From contig OY820905.2 of the NCBI GenBank assembly GCA_963555755.3, positions 1,280,001 to 1,344,000 of the forward strand: DNA of 64,000 nt, written 5' to 3'. The translations under genes were made by a program, and so were the position numbers. Numbering within the stretch: the first letter of the stretch is position 1; each line of letters opens with the position of its first letter. Below are positions 49,742-58,477 of the stretch, piece by piece. A model generated the notes under the pieces. The model was given only the letters and a program-made list of their open reading frames with translations. It did no database searches and was not told where the DNA came from. This stretch comes from Nitrospirales bacterium (GTDB lineage: Bacteria; Nitrospirota; Nitrospiria; Nitrospirales; UBA8639).

Positions 49742-49873
49742 GACATAGTCCCCTGCTTTTCACCTTTCCCACTCAGTGTTTTCTTCAATCGATAAGAAAT
49801 AACATTTCATCTCTCCACCCATTTCAGGTGAATTGCAATTGAAGTCGGTCACCGTTACAAAAAATCCTTCTTC

Positions 49874-49966
49874 TGTCATCCTCGCAGTTTTTAGCGGGGA
49901 TCCATCTTCTCCACCCCCTAGCAGACAGGGCCAGATGGATTCCCGCTAACTACCGGCGGGAATGAC
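49874..49966. repeat. REPIN (family F, GTCATCC..GGATCCA / TGGATTCCCG..CGGGAATGAC)
   Basis: Inverted pair of short hairpins between the porin and modA. Confidence 0.7.
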
Positions 49967-50000
49967 GCGAGCAACTCTACATACCCTTTTACCCACGGCC

Positions 50001-51497
50001 TTAAATTCTGAACTTTGTGAGGATGTAGAAGTAGTCAGAATCTCTGTTTCCTCCTGGCGGCAGTCCCGCGCTTGCAGGAAGTCGATCAAAATAACTCCCT
50101 TTGAACCAATGGTCATAGCCAACATCGAATTCCAGGTTTTCATTGATTTTCCACAGGGCGCGCAGTTCCACATCATGCCCGATGAAATTTCCCGATCCGC
50201 CGGTGGCGTCACGAAGGCCACTCGTACCGAAAGCGCCACGTGAAGTGGCGAGATACCAAACCCGATGATTGAATTGCACGTTCCAACCCTTGCACGGAAC
50301 CACAACCACCCGCCATCCCGGCGAACTAATATTCGTTCGAAAAAACGGACCGAAATTGCCTATGGGGTTATACTCGCGCCGAACGCCAAAAAGCGTATCA
50401 AAAGCCGAGTCCTGGCTGTCGCTCGCATTCCGGTCTCCGCTGGCATAGTCGTAGTGAATCAGCAGTCGTGGCATCCATAGGAGATCGAATGTATAGCCGA
50501 GATCGATGTACTGAAAATGCGCGAAGTGGTCGGTACTGCCTCTTTTCCCTGTCTGCCAGACACTCTCGATTTCATAGTCTATCTGGCCTTTTTGGGGTTT
50601 TTCATAGACACGCAGGCCAAACGTGGAAAAGGTTCTCTGCAAACTGACAACCGCACTTCGTTGATCATTCAATCCAAAATAATAGGCATTGAGGCGCAAC
50701 CACGGCACATGATTCGTTTCAACATATGTCCCCCAGAACACACTACGCGAGGACTGTTCATCAAGCTGCACATCATCTCGCAACACCGGTTCGACCAGAA
50801 ACACGCGAACGCGCCAGACCTCGTCTTTAGCCAGCTGCCCATGCACTCCATCGAACGCATTCGTACTATTGAGAAAATCATTCCGGGCAATGAACCGGCG
50901 GCTACCGAAATCCAACGTGAGCCGACCGAAATGCAGGTCTGTGCGAAGACCAGTTCCCATCACATTCTTCGCCGTCACGGATACCAATAACTGCAGGATG
51001 TCCATTTCATTTTCGATACCTGTGGTGACAAAGTCACCAGGATCATCGAGATGAACCCGTGAATCCTGCCCTTCAAAGAGAAAATTGAATGTGCCACCAT
51101 GTAACCCAAACCGCACACGTGACCGTTGTTGAATCTGAGGATCCGTTCGTCCTAATGGCTGGCTGGATCGCCACGGATGGTCATACACTTCGAAGCGAGT
51201 TCGATGCTCAAGTCCCAGGTCAATCCATTCCGGAAGGTTCAAGGCATTCTTCAGATAGCGATTCCATTTCCATTCCTTCCTTCGAATTAATACGGCATCG
51301 GCCGTCTCTGAAACGGGAATTATTGATGAGGCTTTTACTCGATCAACAACGCCATGAGTGAATTGGTGGAAACTGGAGGATGCGTTAAATTCCTGGTTAG
51401 CCACACCATCCGTTGGATCAAGTACTATTCCCAAAGTAAATAGCAAAACACTCCCCAGAAATATTCGCCTACAGACTCCCTTCCATTCGCACTTCAT
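50001..51497 (-). CDS. Alginate-export-family outer-membrane beta-barrel (putative oxyanion porin)
   Basis: Signal peptide; GLEHRTRFE, FGSRRFIARNDF, FDG, YDYASGD; upstream of modABC. Confidence 0.8.
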   Translation of the reverse strand: MKCEWKGVCRRIFLGSVLLFTLGIVLDPTDGVANQEFNASSSFHQFTHGVVDRVKASSIIPVSETADAVLIRRKEWKWNRYLKNALNLPEWIDLGLEHRTRFEVYDHPWRSSQPLGRTDPQIQQRSRVRFGLHGGTFNFLFEGQDSRVHLDDPGDFVTTGIENEMDILQLLVSVTAKNVMGTGLRTDLHFGRLTLDFGSRRFIARNDFLNSTNAFDGVHGQLAKDEVWRVRVFLVEPVLRDDVQLDEQSSRSVFWGTYVETNHVPWLRLNAYYFGLNDQRSAVVSLQRTFSTFGLRVYEKPQKGQIDYEIESVWQTGKRGSTDHFAHFQYIDLGYTFDLLWMPRLLIHYDYASGDRNASDSQDSAFDTLFGVRREYNPIGNFGPFFRTNISSPGWRVVVVPCKGWNVQFNHRVWYLATSRGAFGTSGLRDATGGSGNFIGHDVELRALWKINENLEFDVGYDHWFKGSYFDRLPASAGLPPGGNRDSDYFYILTKFRI

Positions 51498-51539
51498 GAT
51501 TATTTATGGCTAAGGGTTTAGCACCAATAGTGAAATACA

Positions 51540-51569
51540 TATTGTAATGTTTAAATGATTTTTTATCAA
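51540..51569 (-). promoter_or_regulatory. Sigma70 promoter of the porin-modABC operon with shared 14-bp motif
   Basis: Minus strand TTGATA-N17-TACAAT; TAAACATTACAATA identical to 53330-53343. Confidence 0.65.
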
Positions 51570-51902
51570 GTATACTTTACGTTATAGTTCCATCTATCCT
51601 CCTATTAGGTTTTGTGGACTCAAATTCAGTGGGCCTCTAACTCAGGCCAGAAGATACCCCTCCCCCCTGTCATTTCTGGAATAAATGCCAAATAGTGTTG
51701 GTTTTTTATCTTGGTTGGAGATACTCATACCATCGAAAATACGCATTAGGAGGCGTCTTCATGAGACTTTGGCGTGAGAGGCACCTGTCATCTTTCTCAT
51801 CACCGCATCCCTTTGTTAAACCCTTTAAACACAAAGATGCGTAACGTGTTGTCACCGAAGAACTTCCTTGTAACTTTCCCAACACTTTTTGGCATTTATT
51901 CC

Positions 51903-51970
51903 CATTTCGACCAAAGGGAGAATCCCGAGCAGGGATACCAAAGAGATTTCTCCCTTTGGTCGAAATGACA
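51903..51970. repeat. Family G REPIN
   Basis: CATTTCGACCAAAGGGAGAATC ... GATTTCTCCCTTTGGTCGAAATGAC. Confidence 0.7.
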
Positions 51971-52139
51971 AAGAACACGGAGAAATTCTGGCCACACAGA
52001 CTCAACTGCAAAACAAGGTTGCAATAAATGGAGTGTATCGGAAGAGGAATAATGGGAAAACGGAATTCTATGAACGAAGGGGTGAGGTGGTTGAACAGAG
52101 AAAATGATGATTTAAGACATTCGAGATTCAGATGCTATT

Positions 52140-53324
52140 CTACTCAATGATTTTCCCAATCTCCTTAGTATCATATCCGCCCAGGGCTTCAATTTCTTGC
52201 CGGAATCCGCGTGTAACCAACGTATCTAAAAACATCTTCATGCCAGGATGCGCATGGAAATACTTGGTGGGAATCACCAAATCATATCGTTCCTCTTGTA
52301 GTGGAATAAAATCAAGATCATAAAAATGCCCAACCGCTTGCGAGCCAATACCCACATCGGCCTTACCTTCCACAATCGCACGCCCCAGTCCAAGTTGAGA
52401 GGAACATAGAGACTCATATCCCCGCACCACCCGACTGGCAATTCCAGATTTGGCTAACAAATGATCGAGCAAGAACCGAGCCCCCGCTCCCTGCTCACGA
52501 TTCATGAGAGAAACATCCGAGCGAGCCAAATCCTCAATCCCCTGTACATTCTTTGGATTTCCACGCCGCAGCAAGAGCCCCTCTTCCCATGCGGCAAATC
52601 GCACGACCGTCACCGCATGACCTTTCAAAATTTTCTTTACAAACGGAATGTTAAAATCCCCGGATCGATGGTCCACTACATGGATACCCGCCACATGCAC
52701 CTCGCCACGCTTTAACGCGTGCAATGCCGCCAAGCTGCCCATGCTCCACCCAAGAACCGAGGCATTCCCACCATGCTGACGGATATGTTCCCCCGCCAAA
52801 AAAATAGCCGGATCGCATCCGGCTACCACAACTTGACGATCAATATCCTGCTGGGGTTTCAAAAGTTGAACATACACTCGGCTCCCGCCACGCGATGCAC
52901 GAGAAGGAGTAGAGACACGACCTAACTGGATCCCATCTGCCGGCACCGTGTAATTCAACACTTCCCCCAAATCGGAGACAGGCTTAGCCAATACCCGACC
53001 GCCCACATTTGCAACTTTCACCCGAGGTGAGTGCTGACCCGAGCTTTCGCTCCCAATCAAATCCGCCTCAATAATGCCCTCTTTGGCCTCAAACGAAAAC
53101 AGCTCCTCAACGGTGCAGCCCAAATTCGACGCAAGACGCAACGCCACTTCGGTCCCTGGCAGATAGTGATTCATCTCGATGGCATACAAGGCTTGACGGG
53201 TAATTCCCACCATGGCGGCAAGATCCCCTTGCGAATTCCCTGATGCCATACGGCGCTCGCGGAGCCGATTCCTTATTCCTGCCCCCCGCGCCACGCCCCG
53301 CTTGTCTTTTGCTTTATTCGGCAT
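52140..53324 (-). CDS. XRE-HTH plus PBP (molybdate-binding-type) transcriptional regulator
   Basis: SQGDLAAMVGITRQALYAIE HTH; GSLAAL..L.RGEVHVAG, NREQGAGAR, EERYDL. Confidence 0.85.
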   Translation of the reverse strand: MPNKAKDKRGVARGAGIRNRLRERRMASGNSQGDLAAMVGITRQALYAIEMNHYLPGTEVALRLASNLGCTVEELFSFEAKEGIIEADLIGSESSGQHSPRVKVANVGGRVLAKPVSDLGEVLNYTVPADGIQLGRVSTPSRASRGGSRVYVQLLKPQQDIDRQVVVAGCDPAIFLAGEHIRQHGGNASVLGWSMGSLAALHALKRGEVHVAGIHVVDHRSGDFNIPFVKKILKGHAVTVVRFAAWEEGLLLRRGNPKNVQGIEDLARSDVSLMNREQGAGARFLLDHLLAKSGIASRVVRGYESLCSSQLGLGRAIVEGKADVGIGSQAVGHFYDLDFIPLQEERYDLVIPTKYFHAHPGMKMFLDTLVTRGFRQEIEALGGYDTKEIGKIIE

Positions 53325-53329
53325 GATAT

Positions 53330-53359
53330 TATTGTAATGTTTACTTGTCATTTATGCAA
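53330..53359 (-). promoter_or_regulatory. Promoter of the regulator, probably leaderless
   Basis: Minus strand TTGCAT-N17-TACAAT ending 6 nt before the ATG at 53324. Confidence 0.6.
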
Positions 53360-55227
53360 TTAAAAAATAATGTTAATCCTGATCAATACCCACCAACACC
53401 CCTCAGGTTGTTCAAGCGTCCGGCCTTGAAAAATATCGTTCCCGAATTCCCCTTGACCTCACATCGTCATTGTCATAAAAGAACACGCTGGACGTCCACC
53501 ATTCACTCACTCACGAGAAGAGGATTCCTGCATGGCAACCAAAACTTCTTCCACTATCGCCCGCCTCCCACAATGGAATTTAAAAAAATTGCTCGCGAAT
53601 CCGGAAAAAGACCTTGAAGGTATTTCTCAAACCCTCAACACAACGATCGCCTCGCTTGAAAAACTTCGCCCCTCGCTTCACAACAAGACTTCGCCAAAAT
53701 CTTTTGCGACCGGCCTTCAACTCACCGAAGACATCGCAGCGTTAAGTTCTCGCGTAGGTGCGTACTCACAACTGTGGTTCGCACAAAACACCACGAATCA
53801 GAAAGCCCGTGCGTTTGAGGCCAAGGTCAAGGATCGACTCGCACACTTTTCTAATCGCGTGGTCTTTTTTGATCTGTGGTGGCAGCAACTCCCTCATCAC
53901 ACATCACAGCAGCTCCTGACCAACACCGGATCCATGCGATACCACCTTGCCTCGTTACGCCGAATGAAGCCTCATACCCTGACAGAACCCGAAGAACGTA
54001 TCATCAATATTAAAAACACCACAGGTCGGTCGGCCATAGATTCCCTCTACGATGTACTGACCAATCGCCTGACCTTCACCTCTCCAGAGAAAGGTGCTCG
54101 CACGCCTTTGTCCCGCGAACAATTATCCGTGTTCTTTCGGCACCCTTCCGCCACCATGCGAAAGCGCGCCTATCAGGAACTGCTTCAGGTCTATTCGGGT
54201 CACGCTGACATCTTAGGCGAAATGTACAAGACGCTCGTGACGGATTGGAAAAATGAGGGCATTGATCTTCGGCACCACCCATCACCCGTGGCGGTGCGCA
54301 ATATTCACAACGACATTCCTAACAAGGCCGTAGAGACCCTTCTCGCCTGTTGCCGAAACAACCGCCACATTTTCCACGAATATTTCAGGCTGAAAGCCAA
54401 AATCTGCAAAATCAACAAACTGAGCCGCTATGACATTTACGCTCCAACCAAAAGCGCCAAGACATCCTATCCGTTTGACCAAGCCAAGAAGCTGGTGTTT
54501 AGCGCGTACGAACAATTCTCGCCCACCTTGGCCAAGTATGCGCAGCAGGTGTTTACTGATCGACATATTGATGCCAGCCCCACGCCAGGAAAAGCCGACG
54601 GGGCCTTTTGTTGCAGCGTACTGCCGAAACTCACACCATATGTGCTGCTGAATTACACCGGCGACGCCCGAGACGTCGCCACTCTCGCCCATGAACTTGG
54701 GCATGCCGTGCATGGCATGATGGCCCAACACCATTCCGTATTCACCTTCCATTCCACGTTGCCACTTGCCGAAACCGCATCCGTGTTTGGCGAACAATTG
54801 TTATCCCATGCACTCTTGCAAGAAGTCTCGAGCCCGCGAATGAAGCAACGGTTACTTCTTGGCCAACTCGATGATCTCTACGCGACCATCCTGCGCCAAG
54901 CCTATTTTGTTGAATTCGAAAATCAAGCCCATGAGCACATTACCCAAGGGGCCACCGTCAATGCCCTGGCCCACACATACCTGGGTCTACTGAAAGAACA
55001 ATTTGGCAGAGCCGTGACAGTCCCCGACGAGTTTCAGTGGGAGTGGATCACCATCCCGCACATCTATCGAAGTCCGTTCTATTGCTACGCCTATAGTTTT
55101 GGAAACCTGCTGGTGTTGGCGCTGTACCAACGGTACCAGGACGAAGGACAGTCGTTCATCCCTAAGTATTTGGATTTATTGAGTGGTGGTGGGTCGAAAA
55201 GCCCTCAGGACCTGCTCAAACCCCTAG

Positions 55228-56891
55228 GAGCCTGTCCGAGATAAGCCCTGCAATTTCTATGACCAGTATATATCACTAGCTATAAGTACTTGACATCGAC
55301 TCCAGGAGTTGGTACACTGCTCGCACCAATTTTCTCCCTTGGAGGTGCCTGAATGTGTGACCGCACGTTTCGTCCCTATGACCCGGAGCAACCCTTCCTG
55401 TTGCCCCCGACCTTGCAAGAGTGGCTGTCCGCGGAGCACTTGGTCTATTTTATCTCGGATCTGGTGGAGTCCCTTGAGCTGACGGCCATTCTGTCGTGGT
55501 ACGACAAGCCCACCCGCGGGACGGTGCCCTACCATCCTCAGATGCTGGTCAAGGTGCTGCTGTACGCCTATTGTATCGGGACCCCCTCCTCCCGGCAGAT
55601 CGCCCGCAAGCTGGAAGAGGACATCGGCTTTCGCGTGCTGGCGGCAAACAACACCCCCGACTTCCGCACGATTGCCGAGTTTCGCAAGCGGCATCTGACG
55701 GCGCTCACCGGGATTTTTGTCCAGGTGCTTCGGCTGTGTCGTCAGGCCGGGTTGGTGAAATTGGGCCATGTGGCGGTGGATGGCACCAAGGTCAAAGCCA
55801 ATGCGTCCAAACATAAGGCGATGAGCTACGAGCGGATGCAGGAGGAAGAGACGCGCTTACAGGCCGAGGTGGAGGCGTTGCTCGCCGGCGCGGAGGCGGC
55901 GGATGCCCGAGAGGATGCGACCTATGGCGCGGAGTGCCGGGGCGACGAACTGCCGCAGGAATTGGCGTTCCGCACCAGTCGCCTGGAGAAAATCCGAGCG
56001 GCCAAAGTGGCGTTGGAACAGGAGGCCCGGGACGCGGCGGTCGCCAAAGCGGAGGAGCGAGAAGGGCCCCCCACGAAGTCGTCCCCTGCAGCCCCTGCCG
56101 CGGGGCCGGGGCCGAAGGCGCAGAAGAATTTTACCGATCCCGAGAGTCGGATCATGCCCTCGTCCAGTGACAAGGGGAGCTTTGTGCAAGGCTACAATTG
56201 TCAGGCGGCGGTCGATGCCACGGCCCAGATTATTGTCGCCGCCGATGTCACCCAACAGACCAACGACAAACGGCAAGCGCAGCCGCTGCTGGAGCAGGTG
56301 ATCGCCAATACCACGCAGGTGCCGAAGACGGTGAGTCTGGATGCCGGGTATTTCAGTGAGGACAACGTGCAGGCCCTCAAAGAGTTGGGGACAGAGACCT
56401 TGATCCCCCCGGATCGCCAGACGCATCGAAGGCAGGCCCAGCCGCCCGCTGCCCGGGGGCGGATCCCGAAGGGCCTGTCCGTGGCCGACCGGATGCGGCG
56501 GACGTTGCGGACGAAACGGGGCCGCGCACGCTACGCGAAACGGAAAGTCATCGTGGAGCCGGTCTTTGGCCAGATCAAACAAGGGCGTGGGTTTCGCCAG
56601 TTTCTCCTGCGGGGCCTGCAGAAGGTCCAAGGTGAATGGGCGTTGATCTGCACGACCCACAACGTCCGAAAACTCTGGGCAGCCCTGGTGAAGTCTGACC
56701 GCAGCCTGGCGGCATTCGGAAAAGCATGGGCCACAGGATAACGCAGAGGGAAATCCACTCTCACAGGGAGCGCGAGGAAGCAAGATTACGGCAAAGGTCG
56801 ACAGAACCAGGCATGAAATGAGGTAACCAGCGAGTCATATGACGAAAAAAGCCTGGAACAGGTCCAGTTGCTCGCAATGCAGGACAGGCTC
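55228..56891 (+). mobile_element. IS1182 family insertion sequence with CTAG duplication
   Basis: CTAG-GAGCCTGTCC ... GGACAGGCTC-CTAG inserted in the palindrome ACCCCTAGGGGT. Confidence 0.92.
55353..56741 (+). CDS. IS1182 family transposase
   Basis: YHPQML, SSRQI, PDFRTI, AVDGTK, TDPESR, LDAGY, VEPVFG. Confidence 0.95.
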   Translation: MCDRTFRPYDPEQPFLLPPTLQEWLSAEHLVYFISDLVESLELTAILSWYDKPTRGTVPYHPQMLVKVLLYAYCIGTPSSRQIARKLEEDIGFRVLAANNTPDFRTIAEFRKRHLTALTGIFVQVLRLCRQAGLVKLGHVAVDGTKVKANASKHKAMSYERMQEEETRLQAEVEALLAGAEAADAREDATYGAECRGDELPQELAFRTSRLEKIRAAKVALEQEARDAAVAKAEEREGPPTKSSPAAPAAGPGPKAQKNFTDPESRIMPSSSDKGSFVQGYNCQAAVDATAQIIVAADVTQQTNDKRQAQPLLEQVIANTTQVPKTVSLDAGYFSEDNVQALKELGTETLIPPDRQTHRRQAQPPAARGRIPKGLSVADRMRRTLRTKRGRARYAKRKVIVEPVFGQIKQGRGFRQFLLRGLQKVQGEWALICTTHNVRKLWAALVKSDRSLAAFGKAWATG

Positions 56892-57033
56892 CTAGGGGTA
56901 GACATGTGTGCCGAGAAGTTTTGGCAGTCCGGGTTCGACCGGATTGAGACCATGGTGGGGGAGCTTGAGAACACCTTATCGTAAGTATGGCCTTAGTATC
57001 TGGCACCAAACTTGAATAGTCAAAACATCCTTG

Positions 57034-57199
57034 AACCTAAAAACGGCAGTTGGATCACAAAAGTCCGCGCAAGTTCTTGACGCGCCTGGCAAAATACAAA
57101 AAGTCTCATCACCACCAAGGTGAACACGACTTTTGGTATTTCACCATGCACGCCAATATCTAACACGTCTTTTTTGCGCCCAACTGCCATTTCTAGGTT
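57034..57199. mobile_element. TIR-bounded small element; empty-site counterpart of 676-948
   Basis: AACCTAAAAACGGCAGTTGG ... CCAACTGCCATTTCTAGGTT. Confidence 0.7.
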
Positions 57200-57290
57200 G
57201 ATTTAGAGGGTCAGTTACGTTAGCCTTGCCCGTTTGCTGCAGCGATTCGGAACAAAACCCAATAGTCATCAGTAACAGGGAGTCAGGTAT

Positions 57291-57530
57291 ATGGAAAGTG
57301 CGTACGTGTTAATCAACGTTCTTCCAGGACAAACCGCGAACGTCAAAAGACTGTTAGAAGAAATCGATGAAATCAAATTGATCGATGCATGCTGGGGCAA
57401 ACCCGACATCTTTGCACGCGTGGAAGTCGCGAGCCAAGAAGACCTCACCCAAATAGTCCTCACTCGCATTCATGCCATCGAAGGCGTATCCCAAACGGAT
57501 ACTCATCTGGTCTACACAATTCAGGAATAA
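57291..57530 (+). CDS. Lrp/AsnC ligand-binding (RAM) domain protein
   Basis: AYVLINV.PG ... WGKPDIFA ... IEGVSQTDT. Confidence 0.85.
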   Translation: MESAYVLINVLPGQTANVKRLLEEIDEIKLIDACWGKPDIFARVEVASQEDLTQIVLTRIHAIEGVSQTDTHLVYTIQE

Positions 57531-57642
57531 CTGGTAAGACGTGATGCATCATACGTGAAACGTGATGCGTACCAAAAACTCGACTTTACTCTTTACCCAT
57601 CACGCTTCACGGATCACGCTTTTCTGTTCATGTCTCTTTCAA

Positions 57643-57671
57643 GGGGCCGTTGAAAAATTTTCAACATTCCC
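57643..57671. repeat. Collapsed family C element (TIRs only)
   Basis: GGGGCCGTTGAAAAATTTTCAACATTCCC. Confidence 0.6.
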
Positions 57672-57710
57672 TCAATCTTAGATCTCATACACTAAAGACC
57701 AAGAGCAACA

Positions 57711-57832
57711 GGGGATGTTCAAAAAGGTGCGCTCAGCAAGGCCGCAGGCCCTTTGACGCGCGGAGCGTACTCATAGTACGTGAGCACGACAAAGGGCCGA
57801 GAACGCCGCTGACGCCCTTTTTCAACATTCCC
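57711..57832. repeat. Family C element at the cytochrome c stop codon
   Basis: GGGGATGTTCAAAAAGG ... CCTTTTTCAACATTCCC. Confidence 0.85.
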
Positions 57833-58287
57833 TAGTGGATTCCCGCCTCCCGTTGTAGCCAGCGAACATACGCAACAATCAACTTCACATCATCCGGCGA
57901 CGCATCAGCAATCTTGGGCATATTGCCAAAATCCCAATGATGAGCCCGAACCCCCTGAGCCGCGGCTCGCAGAAACGCAAAATCCCCATGATGCGACGGC
58001 TCATAAATCTTATGCACCAAAGGTGGCCCCTTCGTCGTCCCTCGCGCATGCATACCATGACAACGGGCACAGAACGCATTAAACCGTTCCTCCCCGGATT
58101 GAAACTCTTGCGGGATGTCTACATCCAATCCCCCGTCGTCGGCAGGCGCGGTGGCATGAGCCGTAGGCACGTCTACCGATGAATGCGACGAATGAGCCTC
58201 CTCCTCCGCTTGAGAACAACCCAGCCCGAACACACACATCAAACCCAAAAGCAACAACCAACCTAATCGCAAACGTAAGTTTTTCAT
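57832..58287 (-). CDS. Monoheme cytochrome c lipoprotein
   Basis: Lipobox LGC; CARCHG; distal GNMPK. Confidence 0.88.
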   Translation of the reverse strand: MKNLRLRLGWLLLLGLMCVFGLGCSQAEEEAHSSHSSVDVPTAHATAPADDGGLDVDIPQEFQSGEERFNAFCARCHGMHARGTTKGPPLVHKIYEPSHHGDFAFLRAAAQGVRAHHWDFGNMPKIADASPDDVKLIVAYVRWLQREAGIH

Positions 58288-58477
58288 GACCCCCTATTCC
58301 AATTCTTTAGGAACGAAAGCGGTAAACCGCAGGCAACCCCTGGCCTCCACGACAGCACCGCTTAGCATTTCAAACCCTTCAACTCTAACTTCACACTGTG
58401 AATATATCGCAAGCCAGTCTGGATTCTACCCTAGATAAGAATATTTCTCCCACCACCACAACACGGCTAAATTTAAT

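Larger units (their letters stand above)
53532..56984 (+). pseudogene. pepF: M3B oligoendopeptidase F interrupted by IS1182
   Basis: TLAHELGHAVH, AETAS, PFYCYAYSFG; frame resumes after the IS as GVDMCAEKFWQSGF...LS* (56895-56984). Confidence 0.9.

Noticed and set aside
51498..52139. Moco/Tuco riboswitch upstream of the mod operon
   Set aside because: The predicted 5' UTR is only about 37 nt and I could not see the Moco RNA motif; visible hairpins are REP-type or unassigned.
55857..56783. 308-aa antisense ORF in IS1182 and other long antisense ORFs (39473-40168, 42194-42931, 62552-63175)
   Set aside because: Shadow ORFs opposite well-supported genes, with no recognisable motifs.
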